Notes: generated by a model from the letters alone, not told the origin. DNA of 62,985 bases, filler included, from Octopus bimaculoides (GCF_001194135.2; 6 parts of 6 records of this genome joined end to end with filler, not necessarily neighbours in it); one strand, 5' to 3'; positions 1-12,429 are shown, counted from the whole stretch's first letter. Translations and numbers: made by a program.

Positions 1-18
1 TTTATCCACAAGGTCTGT

Positions 19-35
19 TATTATTATTATTATTG

Positions 36-75
<40 letters not shown>

Positions 76-126
76 CATCATCATTATTATGATTATTATC
101 ATCATCATCATTATTATTATTATTAC

Positions 127-174
<48 letters not shown>

Positions 175-420
175 CATGATTATCATCATCATCATCATCA
201 TCATAATGATCACCATCCTCATCCTCATCCTCATCCTCATCATTTTCATCATCATCATCATCATCATCATTATCATCATCACCATCATCATCATCATCAT
301 CATCATCTTCATCATCATCGTTTTCATCATCGTCAACATCATTATCATCGTCATCGTTATTAATAGCAATTATACTGTATAATACTTTTCGTTACTGTTG
401 CTGTTGTTGTTGTTGTTATA
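19..420. repeat. Compound (ATT)n/(ATC)n/(GTT)n microsatellite
   Basis: Direct reading; explains the poly-Ile and poly-Leu ORFs at 89-652. Confidence 0.97.
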
Positions 421-1944
421 CGTTTGTTACTCTCCACTACTATATGTTGTATACACATTTTTGTTTCGCTTTTTCTTTTTGGTTATCATTATGCACTCGA
501 ATAAACAGACGATTTCCAAACACTGTATAATTATCGGAGTGAGGGAGAAGAGAGGAATAAAAAACATAAAAAAACATAAAACACCCCCTCCACCAAAAAA
601 AAAAACGCAACTATTCCACTCGCAATATATATATATATATATTTATATATAAAATAACTAGNNNNNNNNNNAAAAAAAAACGAACAAAAAGCAATAAAAA
701 AGAGGCAAGATATGAAAATATATCAAATAATAAAAAAAAGAATTCTTTGAAGCGAAATAAATATAAAGTTAGAAAATTCTTCAAGCGTTCCATAACTACT
801 GTATATTGTAGAAATCGACACTAATTGTTTTTGTTTTGTTTTTGTTTTTCTTGTTGTTGTTGTTTTTTTTCTAACCAATAATATCTTGATGCTATTGTTT
901 CTTGTTACGTTTATATTCTATAATTATGTATTGCTGCTTGTGTTTTATATATCCCTACAAACCAACACATACGGGCAGTTTTGTTGTTGTTGTTGTTGCT
1001 GGAGTTGTTGTTGTTGTTGTTGGTGCTGTTTCAGTTCTTTAGTTGGTGCAAACTCTTGTGGAACTGGTTAAGTGTGTACGTACGTGTATACATAAGTGTA
1101 TATGTATACATACCTACCTACCTACCTACCTACCTACTTACCTATATACATACATATATACGTACATACATACACACACACATATATATAAGTATAGAGA
1201 TATATATGTATATGCATGTGCGTATGTATATATATATATATGTATTTGGATGTCTATTGTTTTTTTCGTCTGTTGTGTTTTTCGTAAATTCTCCTGTATA
1301 TTTATGTATCTGCGAGTGTATGTCTATATGTACGAATGCNNNNNNNNNNNNNNNNNNNNNNNNNNNNNNNNNNNNNNNNNNNNNNNNNNNNNNNNNNNNN
1401 NNNNNNNNNNNNNNNNNNNNNNNNNNNNNNNNNNNNNNNACCTCGCTGCAGATGAAAATTGCAACATGTTTTCGATTCGTACTCTTATCAGTTTTACTCC
1501 ACTAATGCCAATAATCTCTTCGGAGAAAGCATGTTAGTTGCAGTATTGAAACTTCCCTTTATCTCAGATATATATTGCCTCTTTGTCTAGTTAAAAGTCA
1601 CCATTACCATTGCCATTGCTGTTATGAAATTAGAATGAAACTGATGGTAACAGTGTGGTAGAAATGGTAAAATCTCGGAATAGTAATGCTGCAATAAAAT
1701 CCCAGCAAATGTTTTCTGTTTTATATTCGCGTTGTGAGACTTGTTAATTGAATGTATTCCTATATACCTACATGAGAATTGCTTATGGGTTAAGTAGTAT
1801 GAGTAGCTGACTCGAGCAACGAGAGGAGCCAAGGTCACGTGATAGAGTTTCGGTTATCAGTTCGTTGATCATTTACTTATAATTGTCAGTGACTTCTGCT
1901 GTGTTCGTTCCACTACTTGTCATATATTTTTCAATTTTTCAATA

Positions 1945-2109
1945 GGCGTAGGAGGGGCTGTGTGTTAGGTAGCTTGCTTACCAACCACATGGTTCCGGGT
2001 TCAGTCCCACTGCGTGGCACCTTGGGCAAGTGTCTTCTACTATAGCCCCGAGCCAACCAAAGCCTTGTGAGTGGATTTGGTAGACGAAAATTGAAAGAAG
2101 CCCGTCGTA

Positions 2110-2152
<43 letters not shown>

Positions 2153-2352
2153 TTGTGTGTGTCTGTGTTTGTCCCCCCGACATCGCTTGACAACCGATGC
2201 TGGTGTGTTTACGTCCCCGTGATTTAGCGGTTCGGCAAAAGAGACCGATAGAATAAGCACTGGGCTTACAAAGAATAAGTCCTGGGGTCGATTTGCTCGA
2301 CAAAAGGCGGTGCTCCAGCATGGCCACAGGCAAATGACTGAAACAAGTAAAA
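1945..2352 (+). mobile_element. tRNA-derived SINE, family A (my label), full length
   Basis: Head has A-box-like GGCTGTGTG and B-box GGTTCAGTCCC, followed by CORE-like CCTTGGGCAAGT, an internal (TA)n/(TG)n tract and 3' tail CAGCATGGCC...GACTGAAACAAGTAAAA. Homologous copies at 12430, 14104, 42838, 44075/45033 and 51920. Confidence 0.9.
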
Positions 2353-2801
2353 AAAAAAGAAAGAAAAAAAGACATGGGAAAGAAAACTTTTCCTCAGGGG
2401 AACCAAAGCAGAGTTGAAAAAGCAGGGATCCTCTTGGTGAAAAGCAGAAAAGACAGCCCTGAGTCGGGAGGGAAGAGTGTAAGGAAGCAAGGAAGTAAAG
2501 AAAAAGCATACAATAGCTTGGATATAGGGATAATTAATAATAATAAATGAACAGCATTTGCGCTGTTCTGGAATAATGTATTTATAGATTAATCGTCAAT
2601 TTCCACGACCCGTGGAAATTCCACAGCTATTTTGCAAACCATAAAATGTTCGGAAGTCTATAAGAAACCATAGAATTTATACTTTCTTTTGAAATTGTAT
2701 TTCATTTGAAACATCTGCTTCTTTAAATGTTGACAAAGTCTTAGAATAACTTTAATATTTCTTCCTCCATCTAGTCATTGATTTTATTATTTCTCTTCTT
2801 C

Positions 2802-3010
2802 CTGGCGGAATCGTTACCGTGCCAGAAAAGTGATTAGCGGTATTTCGTTCGTCTTTGCATTCTGCGCGCGTTCAAACTCCACCGAAGTAGACTTTACCTT
2901 TCACCCCTTTTGGGGTCGATAAAATAAGTACCAGTTGATTACTGGGGTCGGTGTAATCGATTTATCCTCACCGAAATTGCAGTCCTTGCGCCAAAATTTG
3001 AAACCATTAT
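2802..3010 (+). mobile_element. tRNA-derived SINE, family B (my label)
   Basis: TGGCGGAATCGTTA A-box, GTTCAAA B-box, core GGGGTCGATAAAATAAGTACCAGTTG, end TTTGAAACCATTATT. Multiple homologous copies in the window. Confidence 0.85.
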
Positions 3011-3038
3011 TTCCTCTCTTTCTTTTTTCTCTCTCCCT

Positions 3039-3073
<35 letters not shown>

Positions 3074-3414
3074 CTCTATATATCTGTCTGTCTATTTTGA
3101 TTCATCTCTGTCACATGTCCTCACCATAAATTCGGATTGACCAATATTGAGAATGAAACTAGACAGACTGAAACCACATGGAAGCCTGCCAGATACCTTA
3201 TACCTAAAATTCAAAGAACCACCCTGGTCACATGGTTATTGCGTGTTGACTATGATGAAAGTTACAGACCGAAGCGTTGGACTTCGCCTTTTCTTCATTT
3301 ATCTTCGAACTGTTTGTATTCACTGTTCGCTGACGCTGATCATCACCAGTTTCTCGTATGGTTCTCTTTACTAAAATGTATCTAGTTAAATGTTACTAGT
3401 TCAATTCAGCTAAC

Positions 3415-3765
3415 AAGGATACGACTTCCGTCGGTTGCAACGATGAGCTTTCAGTTGTTCGATTGACTGAACATCCGACTCGTTAAATTAACTTGTAAGT
3501 GGCTGAATATTCCATGGACACGTGTCCTTAACGCAATTCCCACACCAAATCAGCGTTACACGATATATTACATGAGTGTACCTTTGAATAAAGAGTACAG
3601 TCTGTTCGATGGACTTCGCACAATTTCCGTCTACTCCAGTTTCACTCCCAGGGTACCAGTCAGCTCAAAACTATGGTAAAAACATTCATCAAGGTTGCCA
3701 CCCTGTGGATCGAACCCAGAACTGAGTTATTGAGAAGCGAACTTCTAAACTACTCAGCCATACCT
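3415..3765 (-). mobile_element. Old chimeric SINE: family-A-like head plus family-C-like tail
   Basis: Reverse complement of 3610-3765 resembles the A head (GGTATGGCTGAGTAG...GGGTTCGATCC...GTAGACGGAAA). 3420-3570 resembles the C tail (AAGTGGCTGA, GACACGTGT..CCTTAACG). Confidence 0.55.
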
Positions 3766-3872
3766 TCATACAATAGTCAGGTTGCTGTTGTTGTTGTTGC
3801 TGTTACTATTATTGCTACTACTTTTACTGTCATTGTTTCGCCTTAGGAGATTGTTGATTAGGCACACCTATA

Positions 3873-4986
3873 ACTAATGACGTTTCCACTGAGCTCATCC
3901 CGATGTTTTCAACTCTGAAACTCAACAATGCTTAGACACTGCACGATGAGTGCTGTATAGTTTCGTTGTTCTGTGTATATCTCGGGTAGTCCCGTGTGGC
4001 GGCACTTCCTTTCCAGTAGAGCAGTGGTGCTCAACAATTTTTTGCCGATAGATCCCCTTATATTTCTATTTCATTATGGTGGATCACCTTAGCGACTTAT
4101 AGTTTTATAGACACCTCTTTCAAAATTCCTATTTTGTTTTTCACACGTTCACTTGCATAGGTTGAACTTTGTAAAACGTTAGAGAAAAAAACATAGCTAT
4201 TTCTTGCAATAAATACAATTAAAGCAGATTGCGAATTAATTGTCAGTGGACAGATTAGCTTAACAAGTTAAGCACCCGACCGGTAATCAAAGAGATGTAT
4301 GTTCAAATTTCATGGCTGGTTGCTTATAAATTTTCCCGCTTTATATGGATATTTTATTCTGTCTCTGTTATTCTATCAGCTTTTCTACGTTTGAAAATCA
4401 ATTATTACCTTACCTGTATCTTGTAATACATTTCAAAGCTTATTAAACAAACATAAGTTTATTTACATTTATCGTAATTAAAGCGAAATTTTCGTGGACT
4501 CTTAAAATACTACTTTGGATTATTATTTTTCTTGCGTGGGCCCCTCCCCCCACAAATCTTATATTGTTCCCCAGGAGTCCGTGGTTGCGAACCATTCCTG
4601 TACAGTTTACTCGAACCTGCAGTACCCCTCTATAGCACCGCCAAGTCAAGCAATTCTGGTAATTTCTTGCCTGAAAATCCTCCGGAACAAAGCAACTAGT
4701 TCATCTTTGATGACAAACAGACTTTCCCCAAGAATTCTATAAAACTAGTTTTTAAAAACCTTATGGCTAAGGAGATCCACCATAATGAAATAGAAATCAA
4801 AGGGGGTCTATCGGCAAAAAATGGTTGAGCACCACTACTCTACTGGAAAAGAAGTGCCGCCACACGGGGCTACCTGAGATATACACAGAACAACGAAACT
4901 GTACAGCACACATCGTGCAGTGTCTAAGCATTGTTGAGTTTCAGAGTTGAAAACACCGGGATGAGCTCAGCGGAAACGTCATTAGT
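3873..4986. mobile_element. Foldback / long inverted-repeat element containing hAT-like termini
   Basis: Arms approx. 3873-4110 and 4737-4986 are reverse complements; the outer 149 bp differ at 7 positions. CAGTGGTGCTCAAC at 4022 and its inverse at 4824-4837 lie inside the arms. Confidence 0.85.
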
Positions 4987-5064
4987 CAAGACTTTCCACT
5001 CTCACCCCGCCTCTAAATCTCTATATTTTTCTAACGTAGAACTTCCAACGACCTCATTGCCCAA

Positions 5065-5078
5065 CCGGTAGAGGGCGG
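5065..5078 (+). promoter_or_regulatory. Candidate CTCF-binding motif
   Basis: CCGGTAGAGGGCGG fits CCRSYAGRKGGCRS at all 14 positions and sits in a small CpG-retaining patch outside recognised repeats. Confidence 0.35.
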
Positions 5079-5437
5079 TGAGCACCAGACGACATTCCAG
5101 GTGCCGCGAATCGTTGATTTCTCAACGCTGTTTTGACTCTCTGGATTCGGTTCAGTCAGCTGTAAATGTTCAACTCTAATATGTTGCTAATGACAATGTG
5201 AGTAACGCGGACTTGGCAAGCTGTGAGATGACATTTCATTTTTAATTTCAACCTACCTTGAATAATAATATGCAAATATTCCGCTGAATGAATAATTTCC
5301 TTGTTATTTCGCATCAACGCCACAGACAATTTTATAAGTGCCATGCTATTCTTGCACGCTTACGCACTTATTCACTTTGGCACGTCTGCCTGCCTGCCTG
5401 CCTGCCTGACTTTCTGCATGTCGGTATGTTTCTATGT

Positions 5438-5480
<43 letters not shown>

Positions 5481-5539
5481 TAAAATAAATATGTATATAG
5501 ATGTCTATGTATGTATATATGTTTGTGTATGTACATGTT

Positions 5540-5615
<76 letters not shown>

Positions 5616-5757
5616 AGTGTGTATGTATTCACACATGCAAGCATAAATATAAGTATACGTATATATTTGTGTATATATGCCTGCATACTGAAACACGCGC
5701 TCGCAAGTATATATACATATGTATATAAATATATATACAAGCACATTATAAATATAA

Positions 5758-5791
<34 letters not shown>

Positions 5792-5948
5792 NNNNNNNNN
5801 NNNNNNNNNNNNNNNNNNNNNNNNNNNNNNNNNNNNNNNNNNNNNNNNNNNNNNNNNNNNNNNNNNNNNNNNNNNNNNNNNNNNNNNNNNNNNNNNNNNN
5901 NNNNNNNNNNNNNNTATATATATGTATATATATATGTGTTTGTGTGCG

Positions 5949-5980
<32 letters not shown>

Positions 5981-6083
5981 TGCGCATGTATATGTATATG
6001 TATATATGTAGCTCTATGTATGTATGTATGTATGTATGTATGTATGTATGTATGTATGTATGTATTTATCTTTGTTTGTTTCT

Positions 6084-6131
<48 letters not shown>

Positions 6132-6145
6132 GCACACACACATAT
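5438..6145. repeat. Compound (CA)n/(TA)n/(TG)n/(TATG)n/(CT)n microsatellite cluster with gap
   Basis: Direct reading. Confidence 0.95.
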
Positions 6146-6872
6146 AAATGATATGTGTGTATGTGTTTGTGTATAACGTCTGTTACATGAAATATTTGTT
6201 TTTGTTTTTTTTTTGTTTTCTTTTACGAAACTACTTGTTAAAATCTAGCATTTCTGCTATGTTAGTTTAAATGTGTCTAATATTCTCTTTGACTTTAATT
6301 TTCTGTCTGTTTATTTTGTTGAAGTATTTCTCCCACCTCTTTTCTTTCCTTCACCACTCTCTCACGCTGTCTGTCTCAATGTCTTCTCTATATATCTGTC
6401 TCCAAAATCTTAATAATAATAGTTCAGATGTAATTTCAATGCTCCAAATTTTAGACACCTATAATTTGAACTGCTTTACATATTTTTTCCGTATGAGAAC
6501 AAATGTTTTATTAATGGCATTTTCAGAGAAAAGTGTCGAGTGAGAAAGAGTGAAAGAGAAGAGGAGGAGAAGAAGAAAAGAAATAATGAAACTGAGCTAG
6601 AAAATGAGTGGGAGAAATTGAAGAAGAATAAGTATAAAAGTGAAATAGAATGTGTGTGCGTGTGTGTGTTTGAGAGAGAGAGAGAGAGAGAGAAATAAAG
6701 AAAAAGCAAGAAATATATAGAAAGGAAGAAATGTAAAGCAAAAGAAAAAAGTTAAAATTTTTGGGGTATTCAAAGAAATATTGAGATTTCGTTTCCGTTA
6801 ACAAAATAATCTGGAGAAGATCTCGAAGAGAGATAGTCGATACAGAAACGAACGTAAGACGAAACATCAGTC

Positions 6873-7215
6873 AAATCTTTCTCTCAAATCACAACCTGCT
6901 GTCTTTAAAAGAAAGGTGAGATACACTTGAATATATAATTTTAGATATATTCTGTCAGAATAAAAGATGGAATGGTTGTCAAAGCAGCCAAATCTCTCTC
7001 AAATCACAATCTATTGTCTTCAAAAGTAGGACATTGGATAATGTGATTTCAGATAGACTGTCAGACTAAAAGACAGGATGGTGCTTCACAACAGGCAGAA
7101 TTAGATCTCTCTTAAATCACAATCGAGTTGTTTGATGTGAAAAGTAGGACACTCAGGATAATGTAGTTTTAGTCACGCAGACTGAATAAAAACATGATTG
7201 TCACGGATGGATTGC
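6873..7215. repeat. Degenerate tandem trimer, about 115-bp unit
   Basis: Units start near 6873, 6990 and 7103 with AATCT(T)TCTCTCAAATCACAA, then AAAAG...GGA(CA/TA)...GTCAGA.TAAAAGA. Confidence 0.7.
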
Positions 7216-7239
7216 ACTAATGCGTGGTACTAAAACTGA

Positions 7240-7520
7240 AACTCCGGCGGAATAGCCATCTCGTGAAATTAAAATGCAAGTGACTGAGTACCCCACAAAC
7301 ACGCGTACCCTTAACGTAGTTCTCAGGGTGAATCAGCATGACACAGAATGTAACAAGACTGGCCCCTTTGAATTACAGGTACAACTCATTTTTGCCAGCT
7401 GAGTGGACTGGAGCAACGTGAAATAAAGTGTCTTGCTCATGGACACAAGGCATCATCAGGAATTGAACTCACGACCTTAGGATTGTGAGCCGAGTACCCT
7501 TACCACTGAACTACGCGCCT
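7240..7520 (-). mobile_element. Chimeric SINE: family-D head and CORE-like domain plus family-C tail
   Basis: Reverse complement reads GGCGCGTAGTTCAGTGGTAAGG...GAGTTCAATTCC, then GTGTCCATGAGCAAGACACTTTATTTCAC, then TACCTGTAATTCAAAGGG...GAGAACTACGTTAAGGGTAC shared with family C. Confidence 0.8.
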
Positions 7521-7817
7521 TCACGGTACCAAATAACATCAATAATATAACAATAATTTTTCAACCCACCCAAATGTTTCAACCGCAAATTTTCCCAAAG
7601 GGAAATATACACTACAAACTCAATACATGTATCTTTTTATATAAAACTATTGATATATTTCGCTTTTGTATATGACTTGCATGATTCTTAGTGTGGTCAC
7701 ATGTATTGAAAACACATTTTGTTGTATTTCGGGAGGGTTATTATACCAATAAACACACACACACACATGAGGTCTACTTCATTTCTTTTGTTATTATTAG
7801 CCAATTTAATGGTTAAC

Positions 7818-7855
<38 letters not shown>

Positions 7856-7863
7856 TACTGAAC

Positions 7864-7903
<40 letters not shown>

Positions 7904-8324
7904 GAAGTGAAATAGAACCAGTGTGTGTGTTACATTCACATAATGACCCTCCCGAGACATAACGAAATATTGATATATATTTTAGTCTCCATATGCTACT
8001 AAATTTCTTGTCTGTTTGTGGGGAGGGACGTACGTTGCTCATAACCTTTCATAAGGACCTCGTAACAGGCGGATAGGATTGAGGAAGGTGTCTTCAAAAC
8101 AGAAACTTGGCCCGAATGTATGCAACAGGGAGGGCTCCATTAAAGGCACCTATAGACCAAGTGTCGGTGATGGATTAAGTCTATCTTTCACGTAGACCAC
8201 AGGAGGATTTGAATTCAGAACAAAGCGCTGTAATGGATACCATAAGACTTTTCCTGTAATACCATTATTACCTGTAAAATAAGTCACCGCTCTAGATTTA
8301 TATGTTATATATTAACTCTGGAGT

Positions 8325-8708
8325 GGAGGCGCAATGGCCCAGTGGTTAGGGCAGTGGACTCGCGGTCATAGGATCGCGGTTTCGATTCCCAGATCGGGCG
8401 TTGTGAGTGTTTATTGAGCAAAAACATCGAAAGCCCCACGAGGCTCCGGCAGGGGTAGGTGGCGAACCCTGCTGTACACTTTCACCACAACTTTCTCTCA
8501 CTCTTTCTTCCTGTTTCTATTGTGCCTGTAATTCAAAGGGCCAGCCTTGTCACACTGTGTCACGCTGAATATCCCTGAGAACTACGTTAAGGGTACACGT
8601 GTCTGTGGAGTACTCAGCCACTTGCACGTTAATTTCACGAGCAGGCTGTTCCGTTGATCGGATCAACTGGAACCCTCGACGTCGTAAGCGACGGAGTGCC
8701 AACAACAA
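8325..8708 (+). mobile_element. tRNA-derived SINE, family C (my label), full length
   Basis: GGAGGCGCAATGGCCCAGTGGTTAG A-box, GGTTTCGATTCC B-box, 3' end GTCGTAAGCGACGGAGTGCCAACAACAA. Highly similar to 15654-16040 and 30251-30542. Confidence 0.92.
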
Positions 8709-9341
8709 ATAAGAATAAAAGAGGTGCCCTTCTAAAAACGTGCCTTGTTCAGTAAGGATGCAAGAAAAACTACACCTAAAAGTATTGCAGACGCTTAACA
8801 AATGTTTTGTCGAAATGAAAAACAAGCGAATCGAAAGACCGCAATTTTTTGTAAAGCGAAGGTACTGAGTTAATATAAAGGTTACTCCCTTCGTAATGTG
8901 TATTACTGATGCGAAAGAAAAAATGACCAGGAAGGAAGCTAACTCTTAACGTTGCTGTTCAGCTACTGTATTATTTATTTCGATTGTGTAGTAGCGCTTA
9001 GACCGTCCTTGTCCTTATCTGGAACTTCAGGTTTGCAGAAATGCTGTCTTCTTTTGTTCTGAATGTCAACTGCTGTCAATAATGTCTCTATACGAGATTT
9101 GTTCTGGCTGACGGTGCACATAGAAACTTTGAAGGGCTGCAGATATATCTGGGCACTGAGTAGGTGTTGTGACTTTTTTGAAGCAACTGTCCAATAACAA
9201 ATGGTGATATATATTATTCATATTTAGGACAGTGAGCTGGCAGAATCGTTAGTAGGATCGACTTTGCCTATTATCCTTTCGTGTTGGTAGAGAGATTTAT
9301 GAAACACAATGATAGTTTTTTGAAAGTAAACAGAAGCAGGT

Positions 9342-10097
9342 AAAACGACTGAAGCTAAATAGTTTTATCTAACGACATTATTATTATTTGTGTTTTGTGA
9401 AATTCCAGGGCAAATATATAAATCCTGAAAATCAAACAAATAACACGATTAATATATTTGTATTTTAATAATACGCATTTCAACCTCATAGTTTTTGTCA
9501 CTGAAATTTTGATTATTTACACGCATTAAAGTATTTTAATCGGGTAGTTATGAAAGTCAGCTAAACTGAACCAGTTCAAAATGTTATTCTAGTCAGAAGT
9601 TTGATTTGAGCATTTGTTATTGCGCAAAAGCAACAGCACGATAAGAAATAATAGCTTCGAATGTAGATCATGCAAGGATTTCAGGATCAGGCTTTTCAAG
9701 ATTCACGAACAACTCAACGTGTCTTTCTGGAGAGCCTATTTGGTTATTCCGTATTTTGAAATTTATACCACATTGTCATATATATGTCGCTTTCTATATC
9801 TTACAAAACACGTAAACGAACACACAGTTACATACAAATATACACACGAACAAACGCCATATTATTCATACTCCACAACCTTCTATTATAATTTCTTTAT
9901 TGGCCTAGTACTGTTTTGTAATGGCTGAAATGGTTCATGTTATTGAATCAAATAACGAAAACCCTTTTCATGTTCTCGAAACAATGAAACAAAAAAGTTC
10001 ATGGCAAACAGAATCATCAGTTATTGATCCAGTAACTTGCTTTTATATATGAGCTGAAATAGGAAATAAATACATTCTTCTATTGCTTTTTGCTATC

Positions 10098-10137
<40 letters not shown>

Positions 10138-10274
10138 GCATTGACATATTCCCACGCACGCAAGTACAAGCACGAAGTATGCACAGATATATGCTAACAA
10201 ACACACATATGCATGTACGAATATTCACAAAGAGGTCGCTCTCATTCTTCGTGCGTCTATCCTCTATTTTATAC

Positions 10275-10327
<53 letters not shown>

Positions 10328-10479
10328 CTTATGTATATGTATATATGTACGTATATGTGTGCACGCCGTGTGTGTGTATGTGTGTGTATATGTGTGTCTA
10401 TATGTATGTATAATAAAGTTCGTTAGTTATTTTTTTTAGCTTTCTAAAACGATTGAAGCTAAATAGTTTTATCTAACGA

Positions 10480-10549
<70 letters not shown>

Positions 10550-10772
10550 TCTGTCTTGCGAAATTCCAGGGCAAATACATAAATCCTGAAAATCAAACAA
10601 ATAACACGATTAATATATTTTATTTCAATAACACGCATTTCAACCTCATAGATTTTGTCAGTGAAATTTTGAATATTAGACGTATTAAAGTATTTTAATC
10701 GGGTAGTTATGAAAGTCAGCTAAACTGAGAGGAAAGGCAACAACCAGTTGAAAATGTTATTTTAGTCAGAAA
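9342..10772. repeat. Direct duplication of about 260 bp (9342-9600 and 10445-10772)
   Basis: Both copies start TAAAACGA.TGAAGCTAAATAGTTTTATCTAACGACATT and end AAAATGTTATT.TAGTCAGAA. Confidence 0.9.
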
Positions 10773-10805
10773 GGGATTATAGAAACAAAGATTAAATGCT
10801 TTTGA

Positions 10806-11020
10806 AGGTGGTGATCTGGCGGAATCGTCTAGCACGACGGAAAACATAGTTAGTAGTATTTCTTCCAGTTTTATGTTCTGAGTTCAAATTGTGCCGAAGA
10901 TGACTTTATATTTCATCATTTCAAGGTCGGTAAAATTTATAGCAGTTAAACACTGGCGTCGATGCGATAATCTATTCCCTACACCAAGATTCCAGACCTT
11001 GTACGTATAGTAAAAATTTA
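10806..11020 (+). mobile_element. SINE family B, degenerate
   Basis: GGTGGTGATCTGGCGGAATCG...TTCTGAGTTCAAATT...AGGTCGGTAAAAT...CTGGCGTCGATG. Confidence 0.75.
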
Positions 11021-12429
11021 AAAAAATATTATAGACTTGATTGAGATTGTGAAGAAGATATTAATTTTGGTGTTTCTTCTTTTTACCTGAGTTTTGATGG
11101 CAGTTTATTGGTATATCAAGTAGCTGTCTTGTCCTTTTAATGTATCGTGTCGCAGATTAATTTGGTTCCATCTTGTGCAGAGGGTCTATACTTCTGTTCT
11201 AAGGTAACCGTAAACAAGTTCGCGTGTAAATAATTTAATTCATTTTGCAGTTAGAAGACATTTGTTCTACACATCCGGATCCATTATTCACTTCTTTTAA
11301 TTTTATTCAACAAATGAAGTAAAATTTCTTTTCCCGGGGATTTATTTTCTCTCCCTTTCTGTAATTACACTGTAACTTCAAATAACATCCTTTTCGGTTG
11401 GCTTCTACAGTTGCTACTTTCAGCTTCTCTGTCCTACATAACTTTACAAAAAATTCTGAGCATTAAGTTTAAATTTAAAAACTGCACTGACGAAACATAT
11501 CAGGTTGAAACGCACATGTAAATACAAATAGATTAATAATAAATACTTTCTCCTAGTTATCGATAATTCGCTAGAAAAAGATCGTTCTAACTTTTAAATC
11601 CATTGTTTTAGGCATTCTCGATTTCGTATATACTTTTTTCCTTTTTGTGCTATATTCCTATAACTTACTCTGTTTCTTTTATCTAGTTTTCTTTTATCGA
11701 TTTCATTGAAGATTAAAAGCGTTTTGCTTTTATATTTTTTTCAGTTTTCCAAGTCATTTGATTCGATTTTTTTTTTGATATTCCTATATAAGTAGATCTA
11801 AGTGATAAACAATTTCCTTTGTAACTACTGTGGCTGCAGAATATATTATTTTGTTTGTCCTGGTGATATTGATGTTCGTGTCTGTTTTCACTAAATCTGT
11901 GATTTCTAGTTATAACTATTTCATCGTTAAATTTTATTCTTTGTATGTGCTTTCGTTGCTCTATATAAAAATCTTTATTTTATATTTATCTTATTTAACA
12001 ATTTCCACCATCAAACTATTGGTGGTTTCCATCTTTAGCTTTTTACTATTCTTAAATCCTTCTCATGTTCCCTCTATATATATTTTTACTATATATTATT
12101 TTTACTGATTAAATTTTGTTTGGCGGTATTGTATTAGTGTTGTACACTTTTATTTTCCTATGTTTTGTTATTTGTTTTGCTTATTATGCACGTGTTTGGT
12201 CTAACTTCTTGATTTACGCTCTCAATATTTTCGTTGTATTTGTTTAACTTCCGTGTTATTTGCGTTTTCATTATGGAATCTTTATTTTAAGTGACCTATA
12301 CATATGACCGATAAATATTTGGCTTCGTGAAGTGTTTCTTTTTGAATGAATTATTCTGTTGAGATCCATAATTACTTCTAACTCAGGGTTAATTCTTCTC
12401 CAAATTATATCTTTATCTTTTATCGTGTA

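Noticed and set aside
89-1537. Poly-Ile, poly-Leu and YIYI/THTH/VCVC ORFs here and throughout
   Set aside because: Translations of microsatellites.
1834-1842. E-box/CLEAR-like GTCACGTGA
   Set aside because: Single short motif with no gene context; chance occurrence is plausible.
8325-8400. SINE heads as functional tRNA genes
   Set aside because: A and B boxes are present, but no proper acceptor stem is evident and each continues into a repeat body.
8550-8825. Recurrent peptide LALRRLRRRGFQLIRSTEQPA (also at 15411 and 30241) as a gene family
   Set aside because: It is the antisense translation of the SINE C tail.
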